Of a stretch of DNA of 64,000 nt, positions 1 to 14,819 are shown piece by piece; positions within the stretch are counted from its first letter, which is position 1; each line of letters opens with the position of its first letter. The notes beneath the pieces were generated by a model. That model saw only the letters and a list, made by a program, of their open reading frames with translations, was not told the origin of the DNA and ran no database searches. A program made the translations under genes and the position numbers. The stretch is from Octopus vulgaris (lineage: Eukaryota): positions 11,842,001-11,906,000 of the forward strand of contig OX597838.1 in NCBI GenBank assembly GCA_951406725.2. The letters run 5' to 3'.

Positions 1-360
1 ACACATAGAAAGGTGTGCTAGGAATCTTAATCCTAATTTCCTAATTTTCCCCTTCTATCGATGTTCACAGAACACCTCAGGTAACTTTCATAAATAAATA
101 TCTTCCACAACTCAATATGAACACATAACATAAAACAGAACACTACTAACCTTTCAATTAATAACACTAACCCCCATACATCCCATACACCATTCATATT
201 ACAGATCTATATCTATCCTAATTGCACCAAATCCAGAACTACTTACCTCCCTTACTCATAATTCTTTTACTCAGGGACTAGTAGACCTGACACTGTTCAT
301 TAATCGGTGTGCATTCAAAGCAATGATTGCTAAATTCACGAAACCGGTATGCTTTTTAAT
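1..360 (+). mobile_element. Penelope-like element 3' fragment (end of GIY-YIG ORF plus 3' UTR)
   Basis: Frame starting at 2 reads HIERCARNLNPNFLIFPFYRC, resembling the C-terminal part of PLE GIY-YIG domains; a decayed GAAAC-cg-GTA hammerhead-like motif follows at ~311-353. Confidence 0.5.
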
Positions 361-970
361 CTCTTTAACAATTCGCAAGAATGACTTTTATTACTTTTAT
401 TCCTACCTCAGTTCACTTAATTGTATATATCTATCGTTACTTTTCATAAAAAGCCTTTACTTTTTTTGATTTCCAATGTGCATTTTCGCTTATTTTCCTT
501 CTTACTTTTCCCATTCATTTCCACGTGTAGTTTCTATTTTCTTTTTGTAACATATTTCTATTATATATATATAATAAATTCAGGGTGAATACTTGATAAA
601 TGTAAGCACCTGTATATGCCAGCTTGTAGCATAGGTGAGAGGATATATGTATCAAATGAAATAAAATGAAAAACAGGACACAAAAGATGTTGCGGTTCAT
701 ATGTTTCGAGCTTTATAGAACAACTTATTCTTACATCAATGCATAATCGACATAACAGATAGTTCAAAAGCCATCTTCAGTCGAATGCAATTGCTACACC
801 AAAGACTTGTATCACATTATGAAAGGTTTGAGAAAAAACATTTGGTATTGTTTATAATGGTAGGTAAGCCGAGCATCACTGGGAAAGTATGTTTGTAAAT
901 CTTCATAGGCGTACATGGTATTATTAGACTCCCCCCCAAATCGTCTATACCGTTTTCTCACTCAATATAG

Positions 971-1030
<60 letters not shown>

Positions 1031-1358
1031 GACTACAGTGTAGCTATGTATTGATAGGTGCATGTATGTATGTATGTATATATATATATATATATATATT
1101 AAAATATATATATATATATTAAATATGTGGAACACTGCTATAGTGGCAGTAATGAAGTGATGGAGTTGACGGTGGGCCAGACTAGATGTTTTATAATAAA
1201 ACTAGTACCAGTCATACACTGAGGATCGACCAAACTAAGTCTGTCTATCTTTCTTACCTTCCTCAATACATTTTTGATCCCACACTACTGTTAGAAATCA
1301 AAATATTTTTATATATCTATTTGTCTTAATATCTCTACTTTCTTTCTTTCCTCTCTTG

Positions 1359-1794
<436 letters not shown>

Positions 1795-2258
1795 ATTTCT
1801 GTCTGTCTGTCTGTCTATCCATTTGTCTGTGTATTTAACAATACTATCTATTTGTATGTCCATCTGTGTGTCTGATATATACCGAAACACGTTTAGAAGC
1901 AGTAAACATAGACACACATAACATCATGTATGTGTGCGTGCACGCATATACATATGTATGTACGCATACACGCACACACACGCGCACACACACTCACACG
2001 CACACACACACACACGCACACACACACATAGATAATGATATAATTACACATAGGTGTATATAATTACATATATATATGTGTGTGTGTGTGTGTATGTGTG
2101 TGTGTGTACATACACATATACACAAACACATACTAACACCCATACACTCGTACACACACACATGCACACGCACGCGCACACATAGATAATGATATAATTA
2201 CACATATGTGTATATAATTACACACACACACACATATATGTATATGTGTGTGTATGTG

Positions 2259-2290
<32 letters not shown>

Positions 2291-2719
2291 CATACACCTA
2301 TACACTCGTACACACACACACGCACTCGCACACACACACACACACACATATATACACTCGTACACACACACACACATATATACACTCGTACACACACACA
2401 TGCAGATAGAGTGCTGTCAGAAAGCAGCGCCATCAAACGGTGTTAGCACAGCTTAAGTGATAAAGTATAAATTGAGAAGCCTGAGTCTGCTTTATCCAAT
2501 ATACAGCTGGTTTATAAAGCAAAGTAATCTGATTGGTGTGTAAAAGGCTGGGGAGAAGGGACAGGGGTTCAATTTCTGGTGATGGTGGTGGTAGTGGTGG
2601 TGGCAGTGGAGGAAATGGCTGTAATGATGATGATGTTGGTGATGGCGGTCTTTGTAGTGGTTGGTGATGGTATTAGTTGTGGTGATGATGGTGCAGAATG
2701 ATGGTAAAGGTGGTAGTGG

Positions 2720-5700
2720 TGTTGAAGGAGGCGGTGGTGGTATTGTTGATGGAGGCGGTGGTGGTATTGTTGATGGAGGCGGTGGTGGTATTGTTGATGG
2801 AGGCGGTGGTGGTATTGTTGATGGAGGCGGTGGTGGTATTGTTGATGGAGGCGGTGGTGGTATTGTTGATGGAGGCGGTGGTGGTATTGTTGATGGAGGC
2901 GGTGGTGGTATTGTTGATGGAGGCGGTGGTGGTATTGTTGATGGAGGCGGTGGTGGTATTGTTGATGGAGGCGGTGGTGGTATTGTTGAAGGAGGCGGTG
3001 GTGGTATTGTTGATGGAGGCGGTGGTGGTATTGTTGATGGAGGCGGTGGTGGTATTGTTGATGGAGGCGGTGGTGGTATTGTTGAAGGAGGCGGTGGTGG
3101 TATTGTTGATGGAGGCGGTGGTGGTATTGTTGATGGAGGCGGTGGTGGTATTGTTGATGGAGGCGGTGGTGGTATTGTTGATGGAGGCGGTGGTGGTATT
3201 GTTGAGGAGGCGGTGGTGGTATTGTTGATGGAGGCGGTGGTGGTATTGTATGATGGAGGCGGTGGTGGTATTGTTGATGGAGGCGGTGGTGGTATTGTTG
3301 ATGGAGGCGGTGGTGGTATTGTTGATGGAGGCGGTGGTGGTATTGTTGATGGAGGCGGTGGTGGTATTGTTGATGGAGGCGGTGGTGGTATTGTTGATGG
3401 AGGCGGTGGTGGTATTGTTGATGGAGGCGGTGGTGGTATTGTTGATGGAGGCGGTGGTGGTATTGTTGATGGAGGCGGTGGTGGTATTGTTGATGGAGGC
3501 GGTGGTGGTATTGTTGATGGAGGCGGTGGTGGTATTGTTGATGGAGGCGGTGGTGGTATTGTTGATGGAGGGTGGTGGTATTGTTGATGGAGGCGGTGGT
3601 GGTATTGTTGATGGAGGCGGTGGTGGTATTGTTGATGGAGGCGGTGGTGGTATTGTTGATGGAGGCGGTGGTGGTATTGTTGATGGAGGCGGTGGTGGTA
3701 TTGTTGATGGAGGCGGTGGTGGTATTGTTGATGGAGGCGGTGGTATTGTTGATGGAGGCGGTGGTGGTATTGTTGATGGATGGCGGTGGTGGTATTGTTG
3801 ATGGAGGCGGTGGTGGTATTGTTGATGGAGGCGGTGGTGGTATTGTTGATGGAGGCGGTGGTGGTATTGTTGATGGAGGGTGGTGGTATTGTTGATGGAG
3901 GCGGTGGTGGTATTGTTGATGGAGGCGGTGGTGGTATTGTTGATGGAGGCGGTGGTGGTATTGTTGATGGAGGCGGTGGTGGTATTGTTGATGGAGGCGG
4001 TGGTGGTATTGTTGATGGAGGCGGTGGTGGTATTGTTGATGGAGGCGGTGGTGGTATTGTTGATGGTGGTTGTTGGAGGCGGTGGTGGTATTGTTGATGG
4101 AGGCGGTGGTGGTATTGTTGATGGAGGCGGTGGTGGTATTGTTGATGGAGGCGGTGGTGGTATTGTTGATGGAGGCGGTGGTGGTATTGTTGATGGAGGC
4201 GGTGGTGGTATTGTTGATGGAGGCGGTGGTGGTATTGTTGATGGAGGCGGTGGTGGTATTGTTGATGGAGGCGGTGGTGGTATTGTTGATGGAGGCGGTG
4301 GTGGTATTGTTGATGGAGGCGGTGGTGGTATTGTTGATGGAGGCGGTGGTGGTATTGTTGATGGAGGCGGTGGTGGTATTGTTGATGGAGGCGGTGGTGG
4401 TATTGTTGATGGAGGCGGTGGTGGTATTGTTGATGGAGGCGGTGGTGGTATTGTTGATGGAGGCGGTGGTGGTATTGTTGATGGAGGCGGTGGTGGTATT
4501 GTTGATGGAGGCGGTGGTGGTATTGTTGATGGAGGCGGTGGTGGTATTGTTGATGGAGGCGGTGGTGGTATTGTTGATGGAGGCGGTGGTGGTGGAGGCG
4601 GTGGTGTTGATGGAGGCGGTGGTGGTATTGTTGATGGAGGCGGTGGTGGTATTGTTGATGGAGGCGGTGGTGGTATTGTTGATGGAGGCGGTGGTGGTAT
4701 TGTTGATGGAGGCGGTGGTGGTATTGTTGATGGAGGCGGTGGTGGTATTGTTGATGGAGGCGGTGGTGGTATTGTTGATGGAGGCGGTGGTGGTATTGTT
4801 GATGGATTGTTGATGGAGGCGGTGGTGGTATTGTTGATGGAGGCGGTGGTGGTATTGTTGATGGAGGCGGTGGTGGTATTGTTGATGGAGGCGGTGGTGG
4901 TATTGTTGATGGAGGCGGTGGTGGTATTGTTGATGGAGGCGGTGGTGGTATTGTTGATGGAGGCGGTGGTGGTATTGTTGATGGAGGCGGTGGTGGTATT
5001 GTTGATGGAGGCGGTGGTGGTATTGTTGATGGAGGCGGTGGTGGTATTGTTGATGGAGGCGGTGGTGGTATTGTTGATGGAGGCGGTGGTGGTATTGTTG
5101 ATGGAGGCGGTGGTGGTATTGTTGATGGAGGCGGTGGTGGTATTGTTGATGGAGGCGGTGGTGGTATTGTTGATGGAGGCGGTGGTGGTATTGTTGATGG
5201 AGGCGGTGGTGGTATTGTTGATGGAGGCGGTGGTGGTATTGTTGATGGAGGCGGTGGTGGTATTGTTGATGGAGGCGGTGGTGGTATTGTTGATGGAGGC
5301 GGTGGTGGTATTGTTGATGGAGGCGGTGGTGGTATTGTTGATGGAGGCGGTGGTGGTATTGTTGATGGAGGCGGTGGTGGTATTGTTGATGGAGGCGGTG
5401 GTGGTATTGTTGATGGAGGCGGTGGTGGTATTGTTGATGGAGGCGGTGGTGGTATTGTTGATGGAGGCGGTGGTGGTATTGTTGATGGAGGCGGTGGTGG
5501 TATTGTTGATGGAGGCGGTGGTGGTATTGTTGATGGAGGCGGTGGTGGTATTGTTGATGGAGGCGGTGGTGGTATTGTTGATGGAGGCGGTGGTGGTATT
5601 GTTGATGGAGGCGGTGGTGGTATTGTTGATGGAGGCGGTGGTGGTATTGTTGATGGAGGCGGTGGTGGTATTGTTGATGGAGGCGGTGGTGGTATTGTTG

Positions 5701-8700
5701 ATGGAGGCGGTGGTGGTATTGTTGATGGAGGCGGTGGTGGTATTGTTGATGGAGGCGGTGGTGGTATTGTTGATGGAGGCGGTGGTGGTATTGTTGATGG
5801 AGGCGGTGGTGGTATTGTTGATGGAGGCGGTGGTGGTATTGTTGATGGAGGCGGTGGTGGTATTGTTGATGGAGGTGGTGGTATTGTTGATGGAGGCGGT
5901 GGTGGTATTGTTGATGGAGGCGGTTGTGGTATTGTTGATGGAGGCGGTGGTGGTATTGTTGATGGAGGCGGTGGTGGTATTGTTGATGGAGGCGGTGGTG
6001 GTATTGTTGATGGAGGCGGTGGTGGTATTGTTGATGGAGGCGGTGGTGGTATTGTTGATGGAGGCGGTGGTGGTATTGTTGATGGAGGCGGTGGTGGTAT
6101 TGTTGATGGAGGCGGTGGTGGTATTGTTGATGGAGGCGGTGGTGGTATTGTTGATGGAGGCGGTGGTTATTGTTGATGGAGGCGGTGGTGGTATTGTTGA
6201 TGGAGGCGGTGGTGGTATTGTTGATGGAGGCGGTGGTGGTATTGTTGATGGAGGCGGTGGTGGTATTGTTGATGGAGGCGGTGGTGGTATTGTTGATGGA
6301 GGCGGTGGTGGTATTGTTGATGGAGGCGGTGGTGGTATTGTTGATAAGGCGGTGGTGGTGGTTGATGGAGGCGGTGGTGGTATTGTTGATGGAGGCGGTG
6401 GTGGTATTGTTGATGGAGGCGGTGGTGGTATTGTTGATGGAGGCGGTGGTGGTATTGTTGATGGAGGCGGTGGTGGTATTGTTGATGGAGGCGGTGGTGG
6501 TATTGTTGATGGAGGCGGTGGTGGTATTGTTGATGGAGGCGGTGGTGGTATTGTTGATGGAGGCGGTGGTGGTATTGTTGATGGAGGCGGTGGTGGTATG
6601 GAGGCGGTGGTTGTTGATGGAGGCGGTGGTGGTATTGTTGATGGAGGCGGTGGTGGTATTGTTGATGGAGGCGGTGGTGGTATTGTTGATGGAGGCGGTG
6701 GTGGTATTGTTGATGGAGGCGGTGGTGGTATTGTTGATGGAGGCGGTGGTGGTATTGTTGATGGAGGCGGTGGTGGTATTGTTGATGGAGGCGGTGGTGG
6801 TATTGTTGATGGAGGCGGTGGTGGTATTGTTGATGGAGGCGGTGGTGGTATTGTTGATGGAGGCGGTGGTGGTATTGTTGATGGAGGCGGTGGTGGTATT
6901 GTTGATGGAGGCGGTGGTGGTATTGTTGATGGAGGCGGTGGTGGTATTGTTGATGGAGGCGGTGGTGGTATTGTTGATGGAGGCGGTGGTGGTATTGTTG
7001 ATGGAGGCGGTGGTGGTATTGTTGATGGAGGCTGGTGGTATTGTTGATGGAGGCGGTGGTGGTATTGTTGATGGAGGCGGTGGTGGTATTGTTGATGGAG
7101 GCGGTGGTGGTATTGTTGATGGAGGCGGTGGTGGTATTGTTGATGGAGGCGGTGGTGGTATTGTTGATGGAGGCGGTGGTGGTATTGTTGATGGAGGCGG
7201 TGGTGGTATTGTTGATGGAGGCGGTGGTGGTATTGTTGATGGAGGCGGTGGTGGTATTGTTGATGGAGGCGGTGGTGGTATTGTTGATGGAGGCGGTGGT
7301 GGTATTGTTGATGGAGGCGGTGGTGGTATTGTTGATGGAGGCGGTGGTGGTATTGTTGATGGAGGCGGTGGTGGTATTGTTGATGGAGGCGGTGGTGGTA
7401 TTGTTGATGGAGGCGGTGGTGGTATTGTTGATGGAGGCGGTGGTGGTATTGTTGATGGAGGCGGTGGTGGTATTGTTGATGGAGGCGGTGGTGGTATTGT
7501 TGATGGAGGCGGTGGTGGTATTGTTGATGGAGGCGGTGGTGGTATTGTTGATGGAGGCGGTGGTGGTGATTGTTGATGGAGGCGGTGGTGGTATTGTTGA
7601 TGGAGGCGGTGGTGGTATTGTTGATGGAGGCGGTGGTGGTATTGTTGATGGAGGCGGTGGTGGTATTGTTGATGGAGGCGGTGGTGGTATTGTTGATGGA
7701 GGCGGTGGTGGTATTGTTGATGGAGGCGGTGGTGGTATTGTTGATGGAGGCGGTGGTGGTATTGTTGATGGAGGCGGTGGTGGTATTGTTGATGGAGGCG
7801 GTGGTGGTATTGTTGATGGAGGCGGTGGTGGTATTGTTGATGGAGGCGGTGGTGGTATTGTTGATGGAGGCGGTGGTGGTATTGTTGATGGAGGCGGTGG
7901 TGGTATTGTTGATGGAGGCGGTGGTGGTATTGTTGATGGAGGCGGTGGTGGTATTGTTGATGGAGGCGGTGGTGGTATTGTTGATGGAGGCGGTGGTGGT
8001 ATTGTTGATGGAGGCGGTGGTGGTATTGTTGATGGAGGCGGTGGTGGTATTGTTGATGGAGGCGGTGGTGGTATTGTTGATGTAGGCGGTGGTGGTATTG
8101 TTGATGGAGGCGGTGGTGGTATTGTTGATGGAGGCGGTGGTGGTATTGTTGATGGAGGCGGTGGTGGTATTGTTGATGGAGGCGGTGGTGGTATTGTTGA
8201 TGGAGGCGGTGGTGGTATTGTTGATGGAGGCGGTGGTGGTATTGTTGATGGAGGCGGTGGTGGTATTGTTGATGGAGGCGGTGGTGGTATTGTTGATGGA
8301 GGCGGTGGTGGTATTGTTGATGGAGGCGGTGGTGGTATTGTTGATGGAGGCGGTGGTGGTATTGTTGATGGAGGCGGTGGTGGTATTGTTGATGGAGGCG
8401 GTGGTGGTATTGTTGATGGAGGCGGTGGTGGTATTGTTGATGGAGGCGGTGGTGGTATTGTTGATGGAGGCGGTGGTGGTATTGTTGATGGAGGCGGTGG
8501 TGGTATTGTTGATGGAGGCGGTGGTGGTATTGTTGATGGAGGCGGTGGTGGTATTGTTGATGGAGGCGGTGGTATTGTTGATGGAGGCGGTGGTGGTATT
8601 GTTGATGGAGGCGGTGGTGGTATTGTTGATGGAGGCGGTGGTGGTATTGTTGATGGAGGCGGTGGTGGTTTTGTTGATGGAGGCGGTGGTGGTTTTGTTG

Positions 8701-8865
8701 ATGGAGGCGGTGGTGGTATTGTTGATGGAGGCGGTGGTGGTAATGTTGATGGAGGCGGTGGTGGTATTGTTGATGGAGGCGGTGGTGGTATTGTTGATGG
8801 AGGCGGTGAGGTTTGTTATGAGGCGGTGGTGGTATTGTTGATGGAGGCGGTGGTGGTATTGTTAT
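2720..8865. repeat. 24-bp minisatellite (GGAGGCGGTGGTGGTATTGTTGAT)n, roughly 255 copies
   Basis: Near-perfect tandem array with occasional 1-3 bp indels; length/24 gives the approximate copy number. Confidence 0.98.
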
Positions 8866-9069
8866 GGAGGCAATTGTTGTGGAGGTGGTGGTGTAATATG
8901 CCTGCGTATGTGCTGCCGTTTAAGTTTGCATACGACGGACGGTTTGACCTGCTAGAAAGAGAAGCCAAATGTACTTCAGCTTGTTTTGCCAAAGGAACGA
9001 CAGGGCACATATAACATAATGTAAAACAAATGTCGTAAAAATATCGTAAAAAATATGCATGTACAAACT

Positions 9070-9415
9070 ACCGTTGTATAACGTTACGCATGTTATACCG
9101 TTATACGTGTTATACGGTTATACATGTTATACGGTTATACATGTTATACCGTTATACGTGTTATACCGTTATACATGTTATAACGTTATACATGTTATAC
9201 CGTTATACATGTTATACCGTTATACATGTTATAACGTTATACATGTTATAACGTTATACATGTTATGCATGTTATACCGTTATAATGTTATATCGTTATA
9301 CATGTTATACCGATATACATGTTATTCCGTTATACATGTTATACCGTTATACATGTTATACCGTTATACATGTTATAACGTTATACATGTTATGCATGTT
9401 ATACCGTTGTATAAC
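9070..9415. repeat. Short-period tandem repeat built from GTTATACAT/GTTATACC/GTTATAAC units
   Basis: Direct reading of alternating 8-9 bp units. Confidence 0.9.
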
Positions 9416-9517
9416 ATTGTCATGCTACGTGCTAAGTTCAGCTTAACGCCGCAAGACTCGGCGAAAATATCTACACCGACACCTACTTGCTGCTTCTTTT
9501 TTACGATATATAAGATC

Positions 9518-11199
9518 TACTCCGAAAATAAGCTCTACCATGATTTTTCAGGATGTTTTTAATAAAAATCCTATCCCGAAAATATGACCTAATCAAAAAT
9601 GCGTCAGTTTGTTAGCAAGACCATGTAATTTTGCAAAATAAACCAACTGCTGCAACTTGGCTAAAGTCTGCAATAAGCGCGCATGCACAGAGTTGACTCT
9701 CTTGGCTTGACTCCCTGGTCCCCCAGGCTAGAAGAGTTATTTCGTGGAGTACAAGAAAGGAATTGTAGAAGAGGCACATAACAAGAATCTTACTGTAAGG
9801 AGAAGATGTTGCATCTCCGAATGGTTCGAAAATGGCGAGCAGAGTAGGATAATCTCAGCAGACAGGTGGATAAAGGAAGTGCTAAGAAGTGCAAATGTGG
9901 ATCAGGTCGACAACCGTTATTTTCGGAGCCGGAAGATATCACCTCGGGATGGATTGATGACTGAAGAACAAAGGTTTTGGTTGTACTCAGGGCTGATTTT
10001 CAAGAATTTGCTCTTGCAATGTCACCACTGTTGGATATACCCCAAGAGATATTCAAAGCATCACCTCATTGGTTGGATTACTTCCTTCGGCGATGTGAGC
10101 TCTCTCTCTAAGAAGATCGACAACACTGTTCACGCTGGAGGATGCTGAAGTGATTCAACGTGCACTTGAATTCATGTCCTTCATTGATGACATCGACTTT
10201 TCTAAATACAATCTCTCCAATATAATTTCTATGGACGAGACTGAAGTATTTATGAGTCAAGGATCTAAAAGGACAATTGAACAGACAAGTGCCTCGTCAA
10301 TCTACATTGCCTCAACGGGTTATGAAAGTGCAAGAGTTACTTGTATTTTAGCGAATCGTCTTGATGGAACAAAAGTCCCACCACTTATCATCACAAAGGG
10401 CAAAACAGAGAAAATAGAACGAGTTTCGGGCATTTATGTCCTTGAAACGAAAAAGCTGTTATAAGAAAATGGGTTGGATTTAACTATACCACTTGTTTTA
10501 TGTGATTCTCAAAGAGGTTTTTTTAGTCTGGGATTCGGCCAGTGCTCATCGTACAAAAGATGTGAAAACCTTCCTTTCTGAAAGAATTGAGCACTTAATG
10601 ATTCCCGCGGGAATGGCTACAAACATTAGATCTTGTAATAAGCAAGCCCTTCAAGGATTATTTGCGGATGGAAGTGAATGAATATGTCGAACATAGAATA
10701 GAGAGAAATCAGAATGGTAACTTTGTCAAACCCAACCTCCAAGAAGTCGTGAATTGGGTGAAGAATTCATGGAATAAAATTACCGACAGCTTCGTTGCCG
10801 ATGAACTACGAGCAGATTACTTGGACAAAAAGTGTTCATTTAAGGAAGGTTATATTGCCAAAGGAAAGAGAGATTGGGGTCCATGATTCTACAGGAAATG
10901 AATTTGCAAGAAATTCAGCCCGAAGTTCGGGGTTTGATGACTTATAACGATGTTCCAGAAGAGGACGAAATGGTTGTACATGACTGACAACAATAAGAAA
11001 AAATAGATAAACTTTTGATAACTAAAAACATGGGTTTCCTTTTTACGATTTTTTTCTTTTTACATGAGGACATGAGACTTTTTTGTATTTCTTGGATTTT
11101 TTCCGAAAAGATATACGATATCTCCCGAAAATAAGCTCTAGTTTGTCTTTTTGATGCAAAATTAATATAAGACCGTGTTTTATTTTCGGAGAAACACGG
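9518..11199 (+). mobile_element. Decayed pogo/Tigger-like DNA transposon (CENP-B/DDE_1 type transposase pseudogene)
   Basis: Frameshifted ORFs 9744-10886 contain ISMDET (first D), LVWDSASAH (second D) and, in another frame, QTLDLVISKPFKDYLR (third D). The right end TTATTTTCGGAGAAACACGG is followed by TA, and CCGAAAATAAG subterminal motifs occur at both ends. Confidence 0.88.
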
Positions 11200-11326
11200 T
11201 ATATATATATATATATATATATACATATATATACAAATATATATGTATGTATATATATATATATACATTCTACATACAAACATATATATATATACATACA
11301 TATACATACATACATACATACATACA

Positions 11327-11421
<95 letters not shown>

Positions 11422-11422
<1 letters not shown>

Positions 11423-11725
11423 TAGTTATCGCCAAGTTAACATGGCAATCCAGAAAAATAGGACGAATGGTGCCGTTGATTAACTCTAAGAGTCCATCGC
11501 CTCTAGCTAGCTATGTGACACACGAACCTGTGTCCATTTTAACCTTCGAAAAGGGGAGGTCAACCGCTTCCCCTTGCCGGTCTGGCATCTGCAGACTAGT
11601 TTCAGGATATTTGCCCCTTATTAATGTAGAGCAGCCGAATCAGGCAGGTGTCGCTACTGACCGTCTGTTCGAGGGATTATTTACCTAAATTCAGTGGACT
11701 GCCATGTTAGCTTGGCGATAACTAT
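11422..11725. mobile_element. ~304 bp MITE-like element with 30-bp terminal inverted repeats
   Basis: ATAGTTATCGCCAAGTTAACATGGCAATCC at 11422 versus GGACTGCCATGTTAGCTTGGCGATAACTAT ending 11725 (2 mismatches); non-coding interior. Confidence 0.85.
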
Positions 11726-11984
11726 CGATATTCAGTACCGCTGCCGTAGTCTCCGTTAGAGAGACTTAGATATATTAATATTTCTATTTTTGAAAACCAG
11801 TGGATGTATTCCACTGAATTTAGGTAGTGGTGGTGGTGGTGGTGGTGATGAAAGAAAACGCACGAAAAGAAAAGACAATAGAAAGACATGAAAACCATAT
11901 ACAGACAGACAGACAGACAGACAAACTGTGATAGAAGAATGAACCAAAAGGGGAAAGAGAAATAGATGATCCCGATTGAGAAGA

Positions 11985-12022
11985 AGAAGAAGAAGAAGAG
12001 GAATAATAATAATAATAATGAC

Positions 12023-12069
<47 letters not shown>

Positions 12070-12082
12070 CAATAATAATAAT

Positions 12083-12130
<48 letters not shown>

Positions 12131-12180
12131 AATAATAATAATAATAATAATAAGAAGAAGAAGAAGAAGAAGAAGAAAAT
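11985..12180. repeat. Compound (AAG)/(AAT)/(AAC) microsatellite
   Basis: Direct reading. Confidence 0.95.
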
Positions 12181-12690
12181 GTTGACGATAATGATGATGA
12201 CGATGGTTATGATGATGTCGAGTCAATGAAGATGATAAAGAAAACGAAGTAGACGAAGAAGGAAGAACAGGCGGAGAAGAAGAAAGAATAACGATGTTGT
12301 TGTTGTTGATAATGATGATTAGGAAAAGGAAGAAGGTGGAAGTGGAGGTGACGAAGAAGAAGAAGGGAATGAGAGAAAACAGAATGGAAAGAAAAGAGAT
12401 AGAAAGAACTAATAAGAATAACGAGGGAAGTGTCAATGGAATATGTTTTTGTGGGATTAGTGATGGATTAACGATGTTTAAGGATCAAGATGAAGAGGGA
12501 TTAGAGAGAGAGAGAGGTAGAGAGCAAGAAGTCAAAGATTTATCGAGGAGAGGAATGAGAATATGGAGAGGAGTAATAAATATCGCAACACGGAAGAAGT
12601 CAATGTGCAACAATTACTTAATGAGTTACTTAAACTGGAGAGCTGGATGGTGGTGGTGGTGGTGGTGGTGGTTGCGGCAGTGGTATGTGG

Positions 12691-12783
<93 letters not shown>

Positions 12784-13814
12784 ACAATTGGTTATTAGTA
12801 TTGTTACTCCCAAGGAAAATTATAATAGATATAATTTTCCCGGAGTTACCACCCTAACATCGGCTGCTCCCCAGCATTGGCTCCTCGACAACCATAACAG
12901 GGTTATCAGCCACCACAGCCTTATGCATCCACTGCAAATCCCTACATATGTATATATAAATACATATGTATATATATAAACAGAAATAATCAGAAAATGG
13001 AGAAAACCTCAGATTAACAAACACATCGATTGGACCACATTTATAGCTTATTTTTTAATACAAAGCATGACATAACAAAATACGTGACGTAAAACAATCT
13101 TACGGCCGTTTCCGATCCGTTGCCAAAACGCTGTCTATAAATAATTGCGAAAATAAAGTCCTTCATCTTCATGGGACATTCGAATTAAGGCACGGATCTT
13201 CATTAGAGTAAAAAACAAGAGCATACGATATAAACAAAAGGAAGAAGGAAAAGGAAAGAAAACATGGCCTAGAAAAGAAGTTTAGAAGCCCAATATAATA
13301 AAAACATATAATTTACCATCTAGGGTCTACGTGGTCCATAGGTAAAAGAGTGAGCTAGTTTTGGTCTAGGGAATACTACAATTCATTTACGGCTAGTTTC
13401 AATTTAGAGGGCGGGGGCAAGATGTTTCAAAATTTTAAGAAAAGAAGTATGAACTAGGTGATACAAAAAGGAACAACAAAACATCCAGATAGACGATACA
13501 AAGAAAACAAGGACGGGTCATTCGAAATTTTCTATCTTCTGTCAAGAACCAGATTATCCTCGCAATTTCGGCTGATTATTCTTGAGATTGCTCCAATCTG
13601 GCCAGCCCCAAGGAAAAACTAAGCTAAGAGCATTAGATTCCTTGAAAGAAAGTATCGAATGTATACAAATACAAGAGCGGAAAAAAACAAGACAATGTTA
13701 CACAAATATAAATACAATAAAAAATACAATAAAAATAATAACAGGACATAACAACAGGTGTCTTTCGACTAAGGACGAATTGAATATTGAATATATATAC
13801 ATACATATATATAC

Positions 13815-13882
<68 letters not shown>

Positions 13883-14327
13883 GTAGGGAATATAATTCCA
13901 GATTAAAGGGAAAAATTCAATTTAGCGATTCTAAATCAATGTATTTCAATATATAATATATGCATATAATTTAGGATAAATAGATAGAAATATGTATTTA
14001 AGCTATTAAAATTGCAAATGTATTTTAGCTGTGAGAATAAGAAAAAATTAACTTTAATATACCATTTACTGGAAAAATTGTAAAGTCTAAATAATTTATA
14101 AACTTAAATACGTAAAATACATAATATAATAAACATAAATTAAGCTAAATTTCTATAATTTAATCTATTTTCATTAATTAATTAATTTATTTTATAAACA
14201 TCTAAGTTTCATCTTATTCTAATTATGTAATATACACTATATAATATCTATTTCTTTACTTTTTGATAATTTATACCCATTTTATTACTACAAATTATAA
14301 CTACAACAATTAGTAACATAAAACAGG

Positions 14328-14370
<43 letters not shown>

Positions 14371-14394
14371 AATGAGCTAAACTTATTATACAAG

Positions 14395-14811
14395 TAATTT
14401 AACTTATGTCTACATTTAATTTTTCGTTCGTCTAGGTTAATTAATCGATTTTTTAATATTAGTTAATAATATCTCCTTAAATTCGTTAGTACATAATAAA
14501 CAGAAATTACTACCTATTCGATATGATTTTGCCTTACAAACTATCTCCCAATTTAAATTGTACTATATATATTTAGACTTTAGTTCCCATATATATTTAC
14601 TAAGGCCAGTAGAATTAATTAAATTCCTATTCTTAAAAGATTTCATGTGTTGAGCCACTCGTAATTTAATTTTATTAGAAGTCGTCCCTATGTAAATCGC
14701 ATTTAAATTATAACCATTCCTATTATTATCATCAATCAAAGTCACTACACATTTATATACTACATCATCGAAATTACATTTATTATTAAATTTGTTATTA
14801 AATTTACGCAT
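14395..14811 (-). mobile_element. Penelope-like element GIY-YIG endonuclease fragment
   Basis: ORF 14563-14811 contains C..VVYKC...YIGTT...KLRVAQH..SF...STGLSKYIWELK; after a frameshift it continues WEIVCKAKSY..SNFCLLC...KCRHK, typical of the PLE C-terminus. Confidence 0.85.
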
Positions 14812-14819
14812 AAAAAGAG

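Noticed and set aside
2720-8865. CRISPR-like array
   Set aside because: No unique spacers and no cas genes; eukaryotic context
2661-9014. 1055-aa and other long Gly-rich/Val-rich ORFs as a real gene
   Set aside because: They arise from a stop-free 24-bp tandem unit with frame-switching indels and no synonymous variation
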